Assembly (NCBI GenBank): GCA_965649825.1
Contig: OZ287708.1
Span: 267,411 to 331,410 of the forward strand
Direction of reading: 5' to 3'
Source: Penicillus capitatus
Taxonomy: Eukaryota > Plantae > Chlorophyta
DNA length: 64,000 nt
The first letter of the stretch is position 1. Each line of letters begins with the position of its first letter. Position numbers and translations under genes: made by a program. Shown piece by piece: positions 10,322 to 22,517 of this stretch. The notes under the pieces are model-generated. The model did not search any database. It was given only the letters and a program-made list of their open reading frames with translations, and was not told the DNA's origin.

Positions 10322-12354
10322 GGCCGCCTCGGTTGCCGGGCGCGGCCTGCGGGTGGTGGGTGGGAACTGTGGCCGTTTGGCGGCGCTGCATGCGCCGCCG
10401 GACAGAGAATCGGCCGCCAGACCTCTAGAAGCGCAGAGTACTGTCGTCGGAATGCGCGTCGCGAAAGGGAGAGCACTTCTGGAAGCTTTTCTAAGTGTTT
10501 TACAGAAGAGATTCCTTACAGTCTGTGCGCAAGCTCCTCTCAGAGTGTAACGCGCATGCGTTCTCTGCAGTTGTTCCGACGCGATTCTCCGAACGGCAAA
10601 CCGCTCGGCTCAGCTCCGCGTTGCCTGGACAGAGGAATGAGGCGGTCTCTCTCGTTCGCAGGATCGGAACGGACTGTGCGTCTGGACGGCCGTCTGTTTC
10701 GGGCGTTTCCGCCGCAAACGCCGCGAGAGAGCGTTCTGCGCGGTGTAACGCGAATCGGTTCGAGGAGTTGGCGTGCGTCCTAACTCCCTCGAACAAGGAA
10801 GGCGGAACCGACGACGCCTTCTGCGAGGACCAGACGGCCACGGAGTCGTTTTTTCAGTTAATGCTCGTGCACAGCGCCGAGGGAGTGTTTTGGAAACGCC
10901 GTTCGCTCCGATAAACGCAGTCGGGTCGCGTTTTGCGTCGGCTGTGCAAGACTGCTGTTCTGTCTCCAATGCCATCGATCAGACAGCTTCAAGAGCAACT
11001 TGTGCGATGGCACTGTAGATCGCGGCAGATGCCAGTCGCGATCCGATGCCATCGCCTACTTTCCGGGCATGTTCTCTATTCTGCAGAGTTCACTAGAACG
11101 GTGGATCACGACTGGAAAGGGATGGTATGCTGCTGCGTCCTCGTCGGAATCGTCCATGCCGTTCCGTTCTAGTCTGGCGAGTTCTGATTTTATGAGGGCT
11201 GTGACGGAGAACGTCCGTCTTCTGTTCGGAGACCACTTGTCGAAGATCTCTGTAATGAAAGACGAATAACTGCCGCCGAGTGTTCTGCGCGCGCGGGGCG
11301 TTCTAGGACGATGTCGTTGGCGCCGGCGATGTTCTCTCGTGCGGCAAATGCTCTGTGGTACGCTTGAACGACAGACTCTGCAGTCATTCCTGCTCTTAGC
11401 CCTGCCGTTCGGACCAGCGACTCGGCATTACTCACCGAGCGCCGAGATGCGTGTCACCGTCGACGCGTTGGATCGAATCCGATGAATGCATTCGCCTAGC
11501 AAAGCGTCCTCAAAACAACGGTGCTAGAGAACGCACATTGAGTGTTGCGCTCTGTAGACGGTCCAACGATTTCGGATGAGAGAGAGTTTGCTCGCGACGA
11601 ATGGGCGCGCCGACGGAGTGCGACTGTTCGCTCCTCGATTTTTCGGCTGACAAATCGGGGCGAGCTAGAAGGGGATGATGCCTGTCCTGGATTCAGTCCC
11701 TACCTTCCGACGCAGCTGCGCGAGCACGATGCTCTGGGAGCTGACGGACGTGGATTCGACGCGCGAATGCGCGTCAAGTACTCTGCCTTGCCACTGCCGT
11801 GCGTCGTTGTGGACTGTGGCAGCTGCCCGCCGTCTGTTTCATCGTCCTCCTCACTGCTGTCAGTGATCTCTCAACGCATCCATCCGCGCAGCGCGCTGTA
11901 CGCCTGAGCATCTTGCGCTTTGCGTCTGTGCCTTTCAATTAAATCCGCGTCGTGCTTGCGTGCTTTCTTCATCTGTGCTTGATCTTCGGAAAGCAGTAGC
12001 CCAGTGCAAGCATCTTAATCTATCACTGTACTACGGACGGTCGGCGAGGAAAGACGACATCGCCGTTCGCCAAACAACAAGTTGTCTTCTCCTCGACACG
12101 ACGACGGCAACAGACGCCTGAGCTGCATCGCATTCCACGGTTAGGACAGCTCGCTCTCAGACGTGACCAGGTGCCGTTTTATTCAGCAACCGATATATCA
12201 CTGGGCGGAGCACGAGGGAAAGAGCGAACTCTGAACGCGCGACGCGCGTCGGCAGCCGCCGCCACAGTCGTGCTCTTGTCAGGAGATGCATGCTCATCTT
12301 GCCGTAGAGCATTTTGAAGATTCGTCAAGCGTTGCATTACGGTCGCCGCCGAGA

Positions 12355-12987
12355 ATGGCCACTGGAAAAATCATCGCTCGTCTCAAGAACGCGACGCCGA
12401 TCGCCGTCGCTTCTCCGACCACCGCCAGCGTCACGGACTTCTTCCGAGCGGTCGGCATCTCTCCGTGACGCTCCCCACACCAACCACCCTGTGCTTCTTG
12501 CCTTTCAGTGCTGCCGCTGCGTTCCTTACGTTCTGCAGGCGTATCAGCTCGACGAAGTGGCAACGCCTCCAGTCGTGCGCAAGAAGATCGCCCAGAAAAT
12601 CAGAGACCACGCTCACGTGAAGGACACACGAGTACATGTCCCTGCCCACGACTGCCACTGTCATGATCGTCTGCATTAGGCCATCAGCAACCTTCTTGTG
12701 AAAGGCAACGAGGAGCTTTCGGTACACCGCACGCCTTGAGTTATCACTCTTTACCTGACCGAACGTGTGACTGTAGCTGATCATGAATCACTTCAAGCAG
12801 AGACACCACCTGGTACGGGGATGATTGGAGCGAGCGAGGGGATTGAATGGCTGTCGCGGTGCAGATGGCGGAGTATGTCGATACCATGGGAAAGCCAAAA
12901 CTCGTTGTCAAGAAGTCGACGGACTCGCCGTTCCTGCAGAAGTTCTACCAATCGAACTACGCCCACCGCAAAGAGCTGCTGTCATGA
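12355..12987 (+). CDS. NDUFA6: Complex I subunit B14 / NDUFA6 (LYR family), 5 exons
   Basis: The spliced product reads ...VTDFFRA-CCRCVPYVLQAYQLDEV...IRDHAHVKDTR-AISNLLVKGNEELS-LIMNHFKQRHHL-MAEY...SPFLQKFYQSNY. This matches plant B14 motifs. All introns are GT-AG and the frame is intact. Confidence 0.85.
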
Positions 12988-13084
12988 GGCAGTTCCACTG
13001 AACAATGGACACTGTATCTGTCTGTCGGTTGTTTAACGAGGGCGCGGCTGTAAGGAAACAGATGTCCTGGATGTCCCTTTGATA

Positions 13085-13776
13085 TTACATCGAGATCCCG
13101 ATTGTTTTTCGTGACAGAAGAGAAACGGCATTTGCCATCTTCGAACGACTGGATCCATCACGTCCTCCACAACATACGCACGCGTGCTGTCTAACGAGAG
13201 GCCTCTTTGTTAAAACGAGCGGCCGTCGCTGCGTCTTCCATCTGGACAAGGACGACAGAGATCTCGCATCCAATAGCCGTGCCATCATAAAGAGGCAGAG
13301 GTACTTTCAGAATGTAGGTTCTGTTGATGGTCATCATTCTGGGACTGATGCCCTTGAGGATCTGGCATGTCTCGTCGAGGCACAGTTCCAGCAGCACTGT
13401 GGCGTCTTGCGTACGAAACACCATGTGTCCCGCATCGCCCGACGCTGCGTAAAGGCAGATGTGTACATCGGCTAGTGCCTGCGGCGGCCAGGGCCACCGC
13501 ACTTGGCACAACTGGACGGCAGCCGTCCACGAGAGACGATGGTCTCCGTCGCGCAAACCCTCTTCTATAGCCAGCAGACACAACACATTCGCCATTTGCC
13601 GTGTTTTCGGAGCACTGCCTGCGACCTGTGCCTGGCGGAGGTGTTATTTCTGGTGTGCCGCCTCTGATTCGAACGCTCTTCTCGTCTCTTTTCTCCCCGG
13701 AGTCGTCACGTGGACACGCGCGTTTCCGCGTTTGCGGCTTCGAAGGCGATGCGGTCTTCTCGATACCACCCAACAT
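13085..13776 (-). CDS. Hypothetical protein (probably spliced)
   Basis: Overlapping minus-strand ORFs 13285-13776 and 13191-13595 with protein-like composition; no family recognised. Confidence 0.3.
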
Positions 13777-14096
13777 CGATCCAGCGATTCTGGCGTAACC
13801 ATCGTACGCATCTCTTCGACGACATCAACTGTCGTACAGTGTCTCCGCGCGAGGACACCCTCATTCAACGTATCTTCCCATGGAGTAAGTCGACGGAGCC
13901 AAGCGTCTGCAGAGATTTGTCCGTCTGTAGTCCCTTGCATGTGAGATGCGTGGACCGCCATGACTGTTGGGTTGCTCTCCCGGCCAGTATTGCTCATCAG
14001 ATTGTATCGGCTCATGATTCCGAGCCCTTTCCTTTTGTTCTCAATCTCTGCAGCGTCGGACCCGTCAAACGCATAGGACTGGTGTGCTGGACAGGA

Positions 14097-15652
14097 GATA
14101 TCATCCATACGCACGATACTCTGGAGCTATCCACCAGTCTCGCTGCAGTGCTGGAATTGGAGGATGACCAAGCCATTCCAGAGATTGCGTCATTTGAAGC
14201 AACTCGGCTTTTCTTACTATGTCTACTCCGGTGCCTCGCATAATCGATTTGAGCACTGCTTGGGTGTTGGACATCTTGCTGGAAAATGGGCCAGATCACT
14301 CATGCAGTGTCGTCGATTACCTCACGAGGAAATGGATCGCTGTGCCACTCTTGTCGAAATTGCCGGTCTGTGTCACGATCTGGGACATGGACCTTTCTCG
14401 CATGCTTGGGAACAGTCCATTCTCCCGAGCCTTGGCGTTCGCAACTGGTCTGCATTCGTTTTTCCTTATGCTTTGTCCACCGGATGGTTGTCAGGTGCCA
14501 CGAGAAAATGAGTTCGACGCTGGTGGAGTACATCTTTGACCGACACGACATTGAAGATCGTTTCGATCTGAATCGCCACGATATGGACACGATACTGAAT
14601 CTCATCGCAGGAGAGAAGCCCACACATGCGGAATACTACAGCGGACTGCCCGTTTATCTGTTTGATATTGTGAATAACCGTTGCAGTGGCATCGATGTGG
14701 ATAAGATGGACTACCTGCAAAGGGATGCGCTTCACAGCCACGTCACTGTTTCTGCACCTTACGGCCGATTCCTCGACTATGCAAAGGTAGCTGCTTGACA
14801 GGCCCTTCATCAGGGACCGATGCAGCCGTGGTCCGATCGTAGACGGATGATCGAAGTATCCTCTTCCGGATGCGTGAGCTCGGCAATTTTGTTGAGATGT
14901 TCAAAGATCGAATGAAAATGCATCGCGTCGTTTACAAGCACAAGTCCGATCTTTTGTGGCGATGATGTAGTCTATGACATCATTGCTTTTAGGATAACTG
15001 TTGCCATTGGATTGATGGTGGCCGATGCTTTGCATCATGTGGGACATGAACCGCAGCTGCCGGCTCGAAGTCACAATCCCGATGCGTTTCTCAAACTCAA
15101 AGATTCGCTGCTGGAATACGTCTACGAACACTATCGGTCGAACTCGCCCGGAGCTCAAAGAGCAAAGGAGCTGTGCAGAAGGATTGAGTCGAGACGACTG
15201 TACACACTCTGTGGAGAAATGGCCATTCCCGAGAACCACATTTCTTGGTTCCTGACAAACAAAGTGACTGCCAGTGATATCACCACTCGACAGAAAACCG
15301 ATGGCCAGGTGAGACCCTGATAGACGACAGAGATGTCTGCCATGCCCAACAGGTCGATCTGAGGCCAGAAGACATTCACATATCCTACAACTATGCAGAC
15401 TGTGGAATGAAGGACAAGAATCCGATTCGCAGAGTCAAGTGCTATCAAGAGCGTTTCGAGGAGATCGGCATCATGGCAGAAGAAATCGAACCCATTCAAC
15501 GACTATCCATCCGAGTCTACTGCAAGAACAGGGAACATGAGGGCGCTGTGAGAGCTGCTTTCGGATCATTCGAGAAATCATTTGCGCCCGAGCTGTCCAC
15601 TCCTGACCGCAATGAGAGGAGGTCCTTGGACGCGCAGTACTTGTCTGAATGA
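14097..15652 (+). CDS. SAMHD1: SAMHD1-like HD-domain dNTP triphosphohydrolase (apparent +1 frameshift near the 5' end)
   Basis: Motifs FQRLRHLKQLG, SHNRFEHCLGV, GLCHDLGHGPFSH, NNRCSGIDVDKMDYLQRD, MHRVVYKHK and GMKDKNP, joined by GT-AG introns. An extra G at ~14166 separates ...ED from TKPFQRL. Confidence 0.88.
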
Positions 15653-17744
15653 AATTGGCGGCGCTTCGCTGACGTGCATGCAAGTAGACGTCGTGACAGT
15701 CATGACCAATTTCGTTTTCCATTCGTTTTCTTTTCTGCTGCTTGTCGTCCGCGACCAGCAGCGTGCATTGATTCTTGACTCTTGTGATGGAGGGCTGGGT
15801 CAAAAACATATCACTGGACCTATTATGAAGTGGGGATGTGTCAAGGGAAAATGATATAGTGTTCCACGAAATCAAGCCAGGTGGACGCATATGTTCTCTG
15901 AACCCCTTGACGGACTGCAGCGTTAAATATGCGTCCATCTTTCGCTTCTCTTTCACAAGTGTTCGTGTCGGGTCTCGATTTCATTTCATAGAGTCCGCGA
16001 GATCACGGGAATTTGCATATTCTTCGATCCTTGGCTGATGCAGTTAGGCACTCCTTCGCTGAATGGGATACTGGTTGAGGATTCGGGACCTTTTGGCTTT
16101 GGGATTCGTGAATTGTAAAAGCGAATGCCTAAGAAATGTGGATCTCTCGAGTCAGAAGCGCGCCAAAAACCACACCGCCCAGAGCTATGTTCTCTGTCCT
16201 GCCGACCGCTGAGCTCTCTCAATGCTGTCAGCAGTGACGACAACAAATACGACATCGATCCATTGACATTTCAATCTCGAAGCAACGCATACGGGATGCA
16301 CGATCTTGCAAAAAGAGACAGGCGCGATCCGACTGAGGAAAAACCATTCCCCGTTATCTATTGTGCCTACTGCTCTCGGATCGTTCAAGGTGGAAAGCTG
16401 CATATACCTTGTGTCGTGAAGAGGGATCATTGGAAAGGGCAATCGCGTCTGTCGTTTGTTTTGCCGTCGGAGATATTCTTGAAAGAGCCTTTTCGTTGTA
16501 CGTGTCGACATTTTTAAACAAATGACGGCGAGAAATTGAGCGGATCATTCGCCACGATGCATAACGATCTGTGATGCTCACCGCACTGAGTCATCATGCC
16601 ATCTATCCCCTCTGACTCCATAACTGAGACGTGTGCCGGTTTTGTTTACCAGTTTTCATCTTGCTTCCCCTATTACTGTTCCCTTGATATGCTTTGTTGC
16701 CGTCTGTCAGATCGCCGAGAGTTGCTGACGCCGAGATTCGTATCTAGACTGAAATCAAGAACTGCATTCGGTTGTCGCGTGCATCGAGTTCCTATTCGTC
16801 GATGTCTGGATGTCCGAGCGATCCTTCAGCTGGCACAATCTATGACAGCCATCTCCTGCATGCTCTAAGACTGCGAAGTTGCTCTTGATGTTGTGAACTG
16901 TACTTCATCAGGTTGATATACCTTGTTCATTCTTAACGCTGTGTTCCTGATTGTTTGCATAGAATCCGACACGCACATATTGAACGTTGACGTCACGACC
17001 ATTACACCAAACACATATTGCAAACGTCGACAACACTTCAATCAGAACTGAACTCGATCACAGTGGTAGTGTAATGCTCTCTCATTCGCGAGCACACGTC
17101 GTCATCTCTGTAGGACAAGATAGGTAGGCGCCGCCGCCATGCTGCATTCTATTCTGCGGAGGCAATCTCCATCTGAGATAAACGCGCTGGCAGCTGAAGT
17201 TTTTTAAAAATCGTCTAGCGCATTCGACACAGGGAAGATTACGTGCGTTCTCTGACAGCAGTTAATTTCTCCGCTATATCACTCTTTCTAAAACTAAGAA
17301 CTCTGATGTCACACTTAATTGTATGCAACAAAACAAGAAAGGTAGAAAGAAGACAGAGAGCTTTGACAGCAGGTCTTCCTCCAAACATGTTTGCTGGACG
17401 TATCTCTACATCTGAAAACGGCGTTTTCGTCTTGCCTCTATCTCTGTAGATGGAACATTGTTTAGAGAGGAGATTGTGTAAAGAATAGCTAACCTGTAGA
17501 TAGCTTCCTTCGAGTGAGAGGTGTTGATCTGCGAGGCAGACTCAGATTTGGAAGCTTGCGCCAGCTTCAATCCAGAACTGCCTCCACTGGCGGCCAGAGC
17601 ATCAGGTAAGGTGCCCTGGCCGCCTCCACTGGCAGCCAGAGCGTTGGACTGGACGCCTGTGACCGCCTCTCTCTCCGGCGGCTATCAGACGTCAGGTTGG
17701 ACGCCTGTCTTTTTCTTCGGCGGCGGCGGCCAGAGCGGTAAGTA

Positions 17745-18990
17745 GGGTGCCCTGGCTGCCTCCACTGGCAGCCAGAGTGGTAGGTTGGCCTCCAGCGGCG
17801 GCCAGAGCGGTAGGTTGGCCTCCAGCGGCGGCCAGATGTCAGTCGGCCGCCCATTGCCGCCTCCATTGGCGGCCAGAGCAGGTAGGTAGAGTGCTCTGGC
17901 TGCCTCCACTGGCAGCCAGAGCGGTAGGTTGGCCTCCAGCGGCGGCCAGATGTCAGTCGGCCGCCCATTGCCGCCTCCACTGGCGGCCAGAGCAGGTAGG
18001 TAGAGTGCTCTGGCTGCCTCCACTGGCAGCCAGAGTGGTAGGTTGGCCTCCAGCGGCGGCCAGATGTCAGTCGGCCGCCCATTGCCGCCTCCACTGGCGG
18101 CCAGAGCAGGTAGGTAGAGTGCTCTGGCTGCCTCCACTGGCAGCCAGAGTGGTAGGTTGGCCTCCAGCGGCGGCCAGATGTCAGTCGGCCGCCCATTGCC
18201 GCCTCCACTGGCGGCCAGAGCAGGTAGGTAGAGTGCTCTGGCTGCCTCCACTGGCAGCCAGAGTGGTAGGTTGGCCTCCAGCGGCGGCCAGATGTCAGTC
18301 GGCCGCCATTGCCGCCTCCATTGGCGGCCAGAGCAGGTAGGTAGAGTGCTCTGGCTGCCTCCACTGGCAGCCAGAGCGGTAGGTTGGCCTCCAGCGGCGG
18401 CCAGATGTCAGTCGGCCGCCCATTGCCGCCTCCACTGGCGGCCAGAGCAGGTAGGTAGAGTGCTCTGGCTGCCTCCACTGGCAGCCAGAGCAGTAGGTTG
18501 GCCTCCAGCGGCGGCCAGATGTCAGTGGGCCGCCCATTGCCGCCTCCACTAGCGGCCAGATGTCAGTCGGCCGCCCATTGCCGCCTCCACTGGCGGCCAG
18601 AGCAGGTAGGTAGAGTGCTCTGGCTGCCTCCACTGGCAGCCAGAGCGGTAGGTTGGCCTCCAGCGGCGGCCAGATGTCAGTCGGCCGCCCATTGCCGCCT
18701 CCACTGGCGGCCAGAGCAGGTAGGTAGAGTGCTCTGGCTGCCTCCACTGGCAGCCAGAGTGGTAGGTTGGCCTCCAGCGGCGGCCAGATGTCAGTCGGCC
18801 GCCATTGCCGCCTCCAGCGGCGGCCAGATGTCAGTCGGCCGCCCATTGCCGCCTCCACTGGCGGCCAGAGCAGGTAGGTAGAGTGCTCTGGCTGCCTCCA
18901 CTGGCAGCCAGAGCGGTAGGTTCGCCTCCAGCGGCGGCCAGATGTCAGTCGGCCGCCATTGCCGCCTCCACTGGCGGCCAGAGTTCAGGT
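17745..18990. repeat. 114-bp minisatellite x~10 (30+41+43-bp subunits)
   Basis: AGAGCAGGTAGG recurs at 17875, 17989, 18103, 18217, 18330, 18444, 18599, 18713 and 18867. Two units carry an extra ~41-bp subunit. Confidence 0.95.
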
Positions 18991-19168
18991 AAGACGTCCA
19001 TGACGACGCGCCAGCAGCCACTAGACATTAGGTAGGGTACGCATGACGGGCTCTAATGACAGCTTGAGCAGTGGGTATGACGTCCACGAAGTCTCTAGTT
19101 ACGGCCAGTATCAGATAGGTCGCCCACGATGGCTTCTCTTGGCATCCAGTCGTGGAAAGGAGATCGCT

Positions 19169-20202
19169 GACGGCCTCCACTAGCCGCCAGCAGGCAGACG
19201 GATCGTCAGGGGCATCCAATACAGCAGCCAGTCACAGCGAGACGCAGGGATAGGTAATCCAGGACGGCCTCCACTAGCCGCCAGCAGGCAAACGGATCGT
19301 CAGGGGCATCCAATACAGCAGCCAGTCACAGCGACACGCAGGGATAGGTAATCCAGGACGGCCTCCACTAGCCGCCAGCAGGCAAACGGTTCGTCAGGGG
19401 CATCCAATACAGCAGCCAGTCACAGCGAGACGCAGGGATAGGTAATCCAGGACGGCCTCCACTAGCCGCCAGCAGGCAGACGGTTCGTCAGGGGCATCCA
19501 ATACAGCAGCCAGTCACAGCGAGACGCAGGGATAGGTAATCCAGGACGGCCTCCACTAGCCGCCAGCAGGCAAACGGTTCGTCAGGGGCATCCAATACAG
19601 CAGCCAGTCACAGCGACACGCAGGGATAGGTAATCCAGGACGGCCTCCACTAGCCGCCAGCAGGCAAACGGATCGTCAGGGGCATCCAATACAGCAGCCA
19701 GTCACAGCGACACGCAGGGATAGGTAATCCAGGACGGCCTCCACTAGCCGCCAGCAGGCAGACGGTTCGTCAGGGGCATCCAATACAGCAGCCAGTCACA
19801 GCGAGACGCAGGGATAGGTAATCCAGGACGGCCTCCACTAGCCGCCAGCAGGCAGACGGTTCGTCAGGGGCATCCAATACAGCAGCCAGTCACAGCGAGA
19901 CGCAGGGATAGGTAATCCAGGACGGCCTCCACTAGCCGCCAGCAGGCAAACGGTTCGTCAGGGGCATCCAATACAGCAGCCAGTCACAGCGAGACGCAGG
20001 GATAGGTAATCCAGGACGGCCTCCACTAGCCGCCAGCAGGCAAACGGTTCGTCAGGGGCATCCAATACAGCAGCCAGTCACAGCGACACGCAGGGATAGG
20101 TAATCCAGGACGGCCTCCACTAGCCGCCAGCAGGCAAACGGTTCGTCAGGGGCATCCAATACAGCAGCCAGTCACAGCGAGACGCAGGGATAGGTAATCC
20201 AT
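19169..20202. repeat. 94-bp minisatellite x11
   Basis: GACGGCCTCCACTAGCCGCC recurs every 94 bp from 19169 to 20109. Confidence 0.97.
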
Positions 20203-20203
20203 C

Positions 20204-20570
20204 ACGGCCTCCAGGCCTCCAACAGCAGCAAGACATGAGGTAGGTAATCCTGTACGGCCTCCAGGCCTCCAACAGCAGCAAGACATCAGGTTGGTAATCC
20301 ATCACGGCCTCCAGGCCTCCAACAGCAGCAAGACATGAGGTAGGTAATCCTGTACGGCCTCCAGGCCTCCAACAGCAGCAAGACATCAGGTTGGTAATCC
20401 ATCACGGCCTCCAGGCCTCCAACAGCAGCAAGACATCAGGTTGGTAATCCATCACGGCCTCCAGGCCTCCAACAGCAGCAAGACATCAGGTTGGTAATCC
20501 ATCACGGCCTCCAGGCCTCCAACAGCAGCAAGACATCAGGTTGGTAATCCTCGACGGCCTCCAGGCCTCC
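20204..20570. repeat. 50-bp minisatellite x~7.5 (two variants)
   Basis: ACGGCCTCCAGGCCTCC recurs at 20204, 20254 ... 20554. Confidence 0.95.
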
Positions 20571-20890
20571 AGCCTCCAATGAGATAGACAAACAGTATAG
20601 GCCGCCTCCAGCCTCCACTGAGATAGACATAAAGTATAGGACGCCTCCAGCCTCCACTGAGATAGACATAAAGTATAGGCCGCCTCCAGCCTCCACTGAG
20701 ATAGACATAAAGTATAGGCCGCCTCCAGCCTCCACTGAGATAGACATAAAGTATAGGCCGCCTCCAGCCTCCACTGAGATAGACATAAAGTATAGGCCGC
20801 CTCCAGCCTCCACTGAGATAGACATAAAGTATTGCAGCCTCCAGCCTCCACTGAGATTGACAGTCGGTATAGGTGCAGCCTCCAGCCTCC
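20565..20890. repeat. 39-bp minisatellite x~8
   Basis: GCCTCCAGCCTCCACTGAGATAGACATAAAGTATAGGCC in tandem. Confidence 0.95.
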
Positions 20891-21126
20891 AAGTAAAAAA
20901 CAGCTAACACAAGGCCAACCACAACAAAGCGGAGGTGGAATGGCAGTGAGACACGACAAGAAAGAAAACAGCCCCTATTAATCTTTTTTTATTATTATTT
21001 TTTCTCACACTTAAAAAGGTGTGAGATTATTGACAGAAAAAAAAATTTTTGTTCCTTTATCAATTTTTGTTACCCTTGAGAAAACAGCTTGCACAAAAAA
21101 CTCCAGTGATCGGCCCCCGATTCAAG

Positions 21127-22426
21127 CTAATTCTCAATAGAAACCTGCAGAACAAACAGAGCATGAGAGAGACTAAAGAAGTGAGCGGGTTGCTTACACA
21201 CTGTCCCGACATGAAGAACAGTCGTTGCGGGATGACTGGGGGGCAGATGGTGATGCACTGGCCGGACATGAAAAACGGACGGGGAGGGAATCCAGGTCGT
21301 CTGACCGGAAAAATAGAGTTGCGGGGAGGGATAGGAGGTGGCTGGTTGAGACAAAAACGCGATGTCCGCTGAGGGAAGGGAGATGGACGAGCCGGGAGGG
21401 AGAAAAAACATGGGCGAGAAGGAATTATAGGGGCAGGAGAGGCAGGAATGCAAAACACAGCCGGCCGTGGAGGAAACAAAGGAGTTCGGCCATGCTGCAC
21501 AGAGGACGGGGAGAAGTCGGGCTGCGGACAGGGAACCGGGGCCCACTCCATGTGAGGAGACTCGACAGGGTGGCATGCGGGCTGCTGGGATGGCGGCTGG
21601 AAAGCAGGCGATGAGGCAGGCAACCACTCCATGTGTGCCTGTTGGCCGGTCTGGGATGCCGGCGGCTGGGTTGGCTGTTGGGTCGGCGGTGGAGGTGCGG
21701 CCGTCTGGGCCTGAGAAGGCGGTGCGGCCGTCTGGGAGGCCGTCGGAGGTGCGGCCGTCTGGGAGGCCGTCGGAGGTGCGGCCGTCTGGGAGGCCGCAGG
21801 AGGTGCTCCAGGCCGGGGGACGGGCGGCTGGGCTGGCGACTGGCGGCTCGGAGGCGGCGCGGCAGGCTCGGAGGCCGGCTGCGAGACAGGCGGCGGCGCA
21901 TAGGTCGGGACTCGCTGGGGCGGCGGAGGTGCAGCAGGCTGGCCCTCTTGGGCCAGCCGCGCATTCCTCTCCTCGGTGGAGAGGATCCTTGCCCGCCGCC
22001 CGGGCCGCGGCTGTGGGGTTTGGACCCTATTGGGTCCAAACCGCACAGGAGGGGTCTGCGCATCGAGGTGCGCTTGACCCCTCTGGGCAGTTGTTCGGGA
22101 TTTTAAATCCCAATACAACTCCCGGCGCGCGGCCTCGTCCAATCTCACGAAGGCCCTGGGCGGGTGGCTTCCCAGGACCTCCCTCAACGTGACTTGGGCG
22201 AAACTGGGAACACACAATGGTTAGAGATCAGTCGAAGAAGAGTTCGTCGAAACGTCACGCGCTGCAGAGCTTCTCGACTGCAGCCGGACGCATGCGTGTT
22301 CATGGAGAGTGTCCAGCCGCAGTCGAAAGGCTCTGCAGCGCGCGACGTTTCGACGAATGGCCAGTGGACTCACGGTCTGTCGGGATATCCGTAGTCCTCT
22401 TCTGTGAACATGCGTTCGTCAGCCAT
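21127..22426 (-). CDS. Module Pro-rich protein, 3 exons (22426-22374, 22203-21198, 21144-21127), ~358 aa
   Basis: GTGAGT donor, CTAAC branch site and CAG acceptor; GTAAGC...CAG 53-nt intron 2. Same phases as R2. Contains internal 9-aa TAAPPxASQ repeats. Confidence 0.8.
22243..22357 (-). ncRNA. Long intronic hairpin (R3 copy)
   Basis: ~47-position stem (22243-22289 / 22311-22357) with few non-Watson-Crick positions. Confidence 0.7.
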
Positions 22427-22511
22427 TGTCTTCTTCTTCGCTTGAGCTCTGGAAAGCAGGAAGGCGGGAGTTCAAACAACTCGACAGTGCGTAAGGGTCT
22501 GCGACGCGACC

Positions 22512-22517
22512 TTTATA
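22512..22517 (-). promoter_or_regulatory. TATA box of module gene copy R3
   Basis: CCTATAAAG ~86 nt upstream of the ATG at 22426. Confidence 0.6.

Larger units (their letters stand above)
4626..11760. repeat. Module copy R2 (~7.1 kb)
   Basis: Begins ATGCATAACGATCTGTGA, as does 16557. It is colinear with R3 through the AT-rich block, minisatellites, Pro-rich gene and upstream block. Confidence 0.9.

Noticed and set aside
4626-11760. Canonical Helitron, LTR or TIR transposon call for the module
   Set aside because: No 5'-TC/3'-CTRR ends, LTR pair, terminal inverted repeats, target-site duplication or recognisable mobility enzyme was found.
16125-16517. Cys-containing ORF (CAYC) next to the left end of R3
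   Set aside because: A single CxxC without a complete finger pattern; insufficient evidence.
17567-19035. Long ORFs inside the minisatellites (also 5807-7157 and 20120-20959)
   Set aside because: They arise from stop-poor GC-rich units whose length is a multiple of 3 (114, 39). They are open on both strands and not conserved between R2 and R3.
17745-20890. CRISPR array (constant core plus variable spacer appearance)
   Set aside because: The 'spacers' are themselves repeated in tandem, there are no cas genes, and the context is intron-containing eukaryotic DNA.
21003-21026. Small hairpin TCTCACAC...GTGTGAGA downstream of the R3 gene
   Set aside because: An 8-bp stem absent from the R2 equivalent and compatible with chance.
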